The notes under the pieces are model-generated. The model was not told the DNA's origin, searched no databases, and saw nothing but the letters and a program-made list of their open reading frames with translations. 64,000 bases of DNA from the NCBI GenBank assembly GCA_965261545.1, contig CBDHDF010000007.1, forward strand, positions 352,001 to 416,000, read 5' to 3'. A program made the position numbers and the translations under genes. The stretch comes from Bdellovibrionales bacterium. GTDB lineage: Bacteria > Bdellovibrionota > Bdellovibrionia > Bdellovibrionales > UBA1609. Below are positions 61,026 to 64,000 of this stretch, in pieces (position 1 is the first letter of the stretch; each line of letters starts with the position of its first letter).

Positions 61026-61970
61026 ATGAAAACCATTCTGACGCTCTTTTTAGTTACTTTTTTCTTAACAGCTCTGTGGACTGTCATACCTCAAGAAGGA
61101 TTTGCCCAAAGTAGCAAAAAAAGGGAAAAGAAATCTTGGAAGTCAGCTCAACTCAAAAATGAATCTCCTGTGTATGAAGCTCCCAACTTTGATGCTCCAG
61201 TGAAGGTATTTTTAAGCAAAGGAAAAAAAATTCGTTATTTACCAAAGCGATATAAGGGCCCCGGTGGATTTGGTTTCTTCTATAAAATCACACTACGTCG
61301 AGGTGAATATGGATATATTGTTGAAGATGACATTGATATCTCCAAAGCAAAAACTTCAAAAAAAAAATCCAATGATTCCAATAACTCCAATAAAAAGTCT
61401 TTTTCTTTCCTAGAGGGGAACCCTTTCTCAAAGCCCTCCTTTAGTGAGGAGGAAAACATGGACTTTGATTCCTCCATATATCTTTCGAGGTATATAGGTC
61501 TCACCTATAATTCAATAAACTACTCAGAGATTATCAATCATCAAAAAAGGTCTACCTTCTCCCAATTTTATGGTTTGAAGCTGTCGGGCCCAGAAGTTCT
61601 TATCGGTGCCCCCTTGGATCTCAACCTAATGACACTTTTCTCCCCCCCCCGTTCATATCGATATTTTACAACAAAGGCCACAGGGTTTACATTGATTGCA
61701 GATCTTATATTTATGCTCCCAATGGCTGAGTGGAACAACTTCATGATTTACTATGGAATAGGTCCTCTCCTCACTTACACTCGCTACAATTTAGTCCCCC
61801 ATGGAAATCAAAAAAAAGGGCGGTACGAAGAAATTCGCTTAGGAGCCTCTTTTCCACTTGGCTTGGCTTTTAGATTTAAGCATAAATTCCTTCTCAAGGC
61901 TGAGGTAAAGTACTATGCTGAAAGCCAAAAATACTTGGGCTTTCAACTGGGTTTGCAATACGCCTACTAA
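61026..61970 (+). CDS. Secreted SH3-like plus outer-membrane beta-barrel protein
   Basis: Signal peptide; VYEAPNFDA...GEYGYI; C-terminal amphipathic strands ending GFQLGLQYAY. Confidence 0.7.
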   Translation: MKTILTLFLVTFFLTALWTVIPQEGFAQSSKKREKKSWKSAQLKNESPVYEAPNFDAPVKVFLSKGKKIRYLPKRYKGPGGFGFFYKITLRRGEYGYIVEDDIDISKAKTSKKKSNDSNNSNKKSFSFLEGNPFSKPSFSEEENMDFDSSIYLSRYIGLTYNSINYSEIINHQKRSTFSQFYGLKLSGPEVLIGAPLDLNLMTLFSPPRSYRYFTTKATGFTLIADLIFMLPMAEWNNFMIYYGIGPLLTYTRYNLVPHGNQKKGRYEEIRLGASFPLGLAFRFKHKFLLKAEVKYYAESQKYLGFQLGLQYAY

Positions 61971-62104
61971 TAAAGTACTACTAACTCAAGTGAATGAGGG
62001 GCACCCATCATGGAGGAGCAAGGCTGGCTTCTCCACCACACCCATAAATCTCTTCATGGGAAGAGTTCGAGTATAACACTAAGCGTAAAATAACTCGAGG
62101 GAAT

Positions 62105-64000
62105 ATGAACTCTGAAAACATGAACATTGAAGTCTTATCCCAAGAAGTTGTGAATCAGATTGCTGCTGGAGAGGTCATCGAACGCCCTTCTCACCTTGTG
62201 AAGGAACTGGTGGAAAACAGCCTCGATGCGGGAGCCACTGAAATTGAGATTGAATTTGCCTTCGGTGGCAAACAAGTGAGGGTTCACGACAATGGCAAGG
62301 GAATTTCAAAAAAAGACCTACCTTTAGCTCTCATCAGGCATGCGACAAGTAAGATTCGTTGTTTCCCAGATATATGGTCTTTGAATAGCTATGGCTTCCG
62401 TGGGGAGGCTTTAGCAAGTATTGCCGCTGTTTCCAAGGTGAAATTGTCCTCAAAAACTGATCTCCAGGAAACCGCTTATCAACTGGATTCACATTTCGGA
62501 AAATTTGAAGAGCCTGTGGCCATTGGTGGTGAGTTGGGAACAACCATTGGAATCAGTGACCTTTTTGCCAATATTCCCGCAAGGCTCAAATTTTTAAAGT
62601 CTGAAACCGCTGAGGGAACTCAAATCAAAAATGTTTTAAAAGCCATGGCCATGGCCTACCCCCATGTAAACTTCCGTGTGCGTCAAAATGGAAAGCTCCT
62701 TTTTTATTGGCCCACCTGTGAAGATAGAAAAACCCGGGTTCAGCAGGTTCTTGAGCAAGAGGACATGTATTTGGGACAGGGGTACTCGGGAGGAATTCAA
62801 GCTGAAGCCGTGGTGTCAAGCCCTAACAACACGGCGAAAACCCGAAGGCAAATGTGGATGTTTGCCCAAAATAGGTGGGTTCAAGATAGCAGTATACAGG
62901 CAGCCACCATGGATGCTTACCGAAGCCTTCTCATGCATGGAGAATATCCCATTGCCGCCGTTTGGGTGACTTGCAATCCCGATGAGGTGGATGTAAATAT
63001 TCACCCCACAAAGTCACAGGTGAAGTTCCGCCAGCCTTCGGATAGTTTTAAATCCGTTTTAAGAGCTGTGCGTGGTTGCCTTGAAAAAGCTCCCTGGCTC
63101 CATAAGAGCTTGGGTCAGAATTTGGGACTGAAAAAAGACTTCTCACAGAAAAATCTCTCACAAGAAGAGAAGACAGGCGAAGTCTCTCAACAAGTTTGGG
63201 GTTACGGTTTGAAGTCTTCCGATTTCAACAAAACCCAATTTCAGCAAAAAAGTTTTGATTGGGTGAAGCCTCCTCCAAGTGACAGCAGTGATCACAGTAA
63301 CAGTCGTGACAGCAGTGACAGTCGTGATAGTGATGTCCCTAGATCACCTGATATGCCAATGCTTATACCTATAGTGAAACCTCCTCCAAGTGACAGTGAT
63401 TCCTGTCACTATGGCGGAGAAGTAAGAGAATCTTTCCAAGAATATATTCCCACTCAAACTGAAACTAAAGCTCAAGCTCAAACTCAACCTAAGACTCAAA
63501 CTAAGGCTCAAGCTGAAACCAAGATTCAATCAGAATGCCAAAACCGCTGGTCACATTTACAGATATTAGGCCAAGCGGACCTCACCTATATTGTGACTCA
63601 ATCTGATGGATCCATTTTATTTGTGGACCAGCATGCAGCCCACGAACGGGTGGCCTATGAAAGACTGATGAAATCTTGGTCCATGGGAAACTTTGAAGTG
63701 CAACAATTCCTTCTACCAGAAACCATTTCACTCAGTGAAGACCTTGTCCAAACCATTATTGAAATCAAAGACGAGTTGCTAAATATGGGCTTGTCTGTGG
63801 AGGCAACAGGACCACAAGAAATTAGTGTGACCTCCAGTCCTAGCATCGTCAAACCGGGAGCTTTGCCCAAGGTTTTTGAACAACTGGCTTCAGAAAAGCT
63901 AGAAAAAGGTGGAAGCTTTGCCTTTGAAAAGTATGTGAGAGACATTTTTGCCACCATGGCTTGTCACTCGGTCATTCGAGCGGGGCAAGCCTTAAGTCAT
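62105..64000 (+). CDS. mutL: DNA mismatch repair protein MutL (3' end outside window)
   Basis: Translated by eye: NQIAAGEVIERP, KELVENSLDAGA, HATSK, GFRGEALASI, DVNIHPTK, DQHAAHER, ACH. Alternative start at 62120. Confidence 0.95.
   Translation, partial: MNSENMNIEVLSQEVVNQIAAGEVIERPSHLVKELVENSLDAGATEIEIEFAFGGKQVRVHDNGKGISKKDLPLALIRHATSKIRCFPDIWSLNSYGFRGEALASIAAVSKVKLSSKTDLQETAYQLDSHFGKFEEPVAIGGELGTTIGISDLFANIPARLKFLKSETAEGTQIKNVLKAMAMAYPHVNFRVRQNGKLLFYWPTCEDRKTRVQQVLEQEDMYLGQGYSGGIQAEAVVSSPNNTAKTRRQMWMFAQNRWVQDSSIQAATMDAYRSLLMHGEYPIAAVWVTCNPDEVDVNIHPTKSQVKFRQPSDSFKSVLRAVRGCLEKAPWLHKSLGQNLGLKKDFSQKNLSQEEKTGEVSQQVWGYGLKSSDFNKTQFQQKSFDWVKPPPSDSSDHSNSRDSSDSRDSDVPRSPDMPMLIPIVKPPPSDSDSCHYGGEVRESFQEYIPTQTETKAQAQTQPKTQTKAQAETKIQSECQNRWSHLQILGQADLTYIVTQSDGSILFVDQHAAHERVAYERLMKSWSMGNFEVQQFLLPETISLSEDLVQTIIEIKDELLNMGLSVEATGPQEISVTSSPSIVKPGALPKVFEQLASEKLEKGGSFAFEKYVRDIFATMACHSVIRAGQALSH

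Overview
Two IS-free chromosomal arms flank a ~45.7-kb nest of nested mobile elements (10142-55853). The host looks Bdellovibrionota-like, an inference from the YQNC-type secreted protein and gene repertoire. Left arm: a partial TolB/beta-propeller outer-membrane-associated gene, a 1293-aa secreted coiled-coil protein, an LTA-synthase-family sulfatase and lgt. Right arm: lpxL-like acyltransferase, PTPPG-repeat secreted protein, membrane-fused spermidine-synthase-like protein, SH3/beta-barrel protein and partial mutL. Inverted repeats (IRs) and target duplications (DRs) resolve the nest into at least 25 insertions or fragments from IS5, IS200, IS3, IS4 (3 types), ISNCY, IS21 (3 types), IS1634 (3 types), IS256, IS66 and ISL3, plus three MITEs, a complete group II intron and an orphan intron domain V. 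These sit on remnants of toxin-antitoxin and integron-cassette-like DNA. The most unusual signals are: (1) a 510-codon same-strand overprinted frame kept open across the whole IS5 transposase, apparently by codon choice; (2) a covarying ~100-nt hairpin with DnaA-box arms shared by unrelated IS21 and ISL3 elements; (3) an IS4 transposase fused to a DUF4338/Mom-like domain; (4) an IS21 with CCC...GGG termini and its probable 7-bp footprint in another IS21; (5) IS elements carrying divergent passenger genes. Letter labels (A-M) are mine. Family calls come from motif recognition, not database searches.
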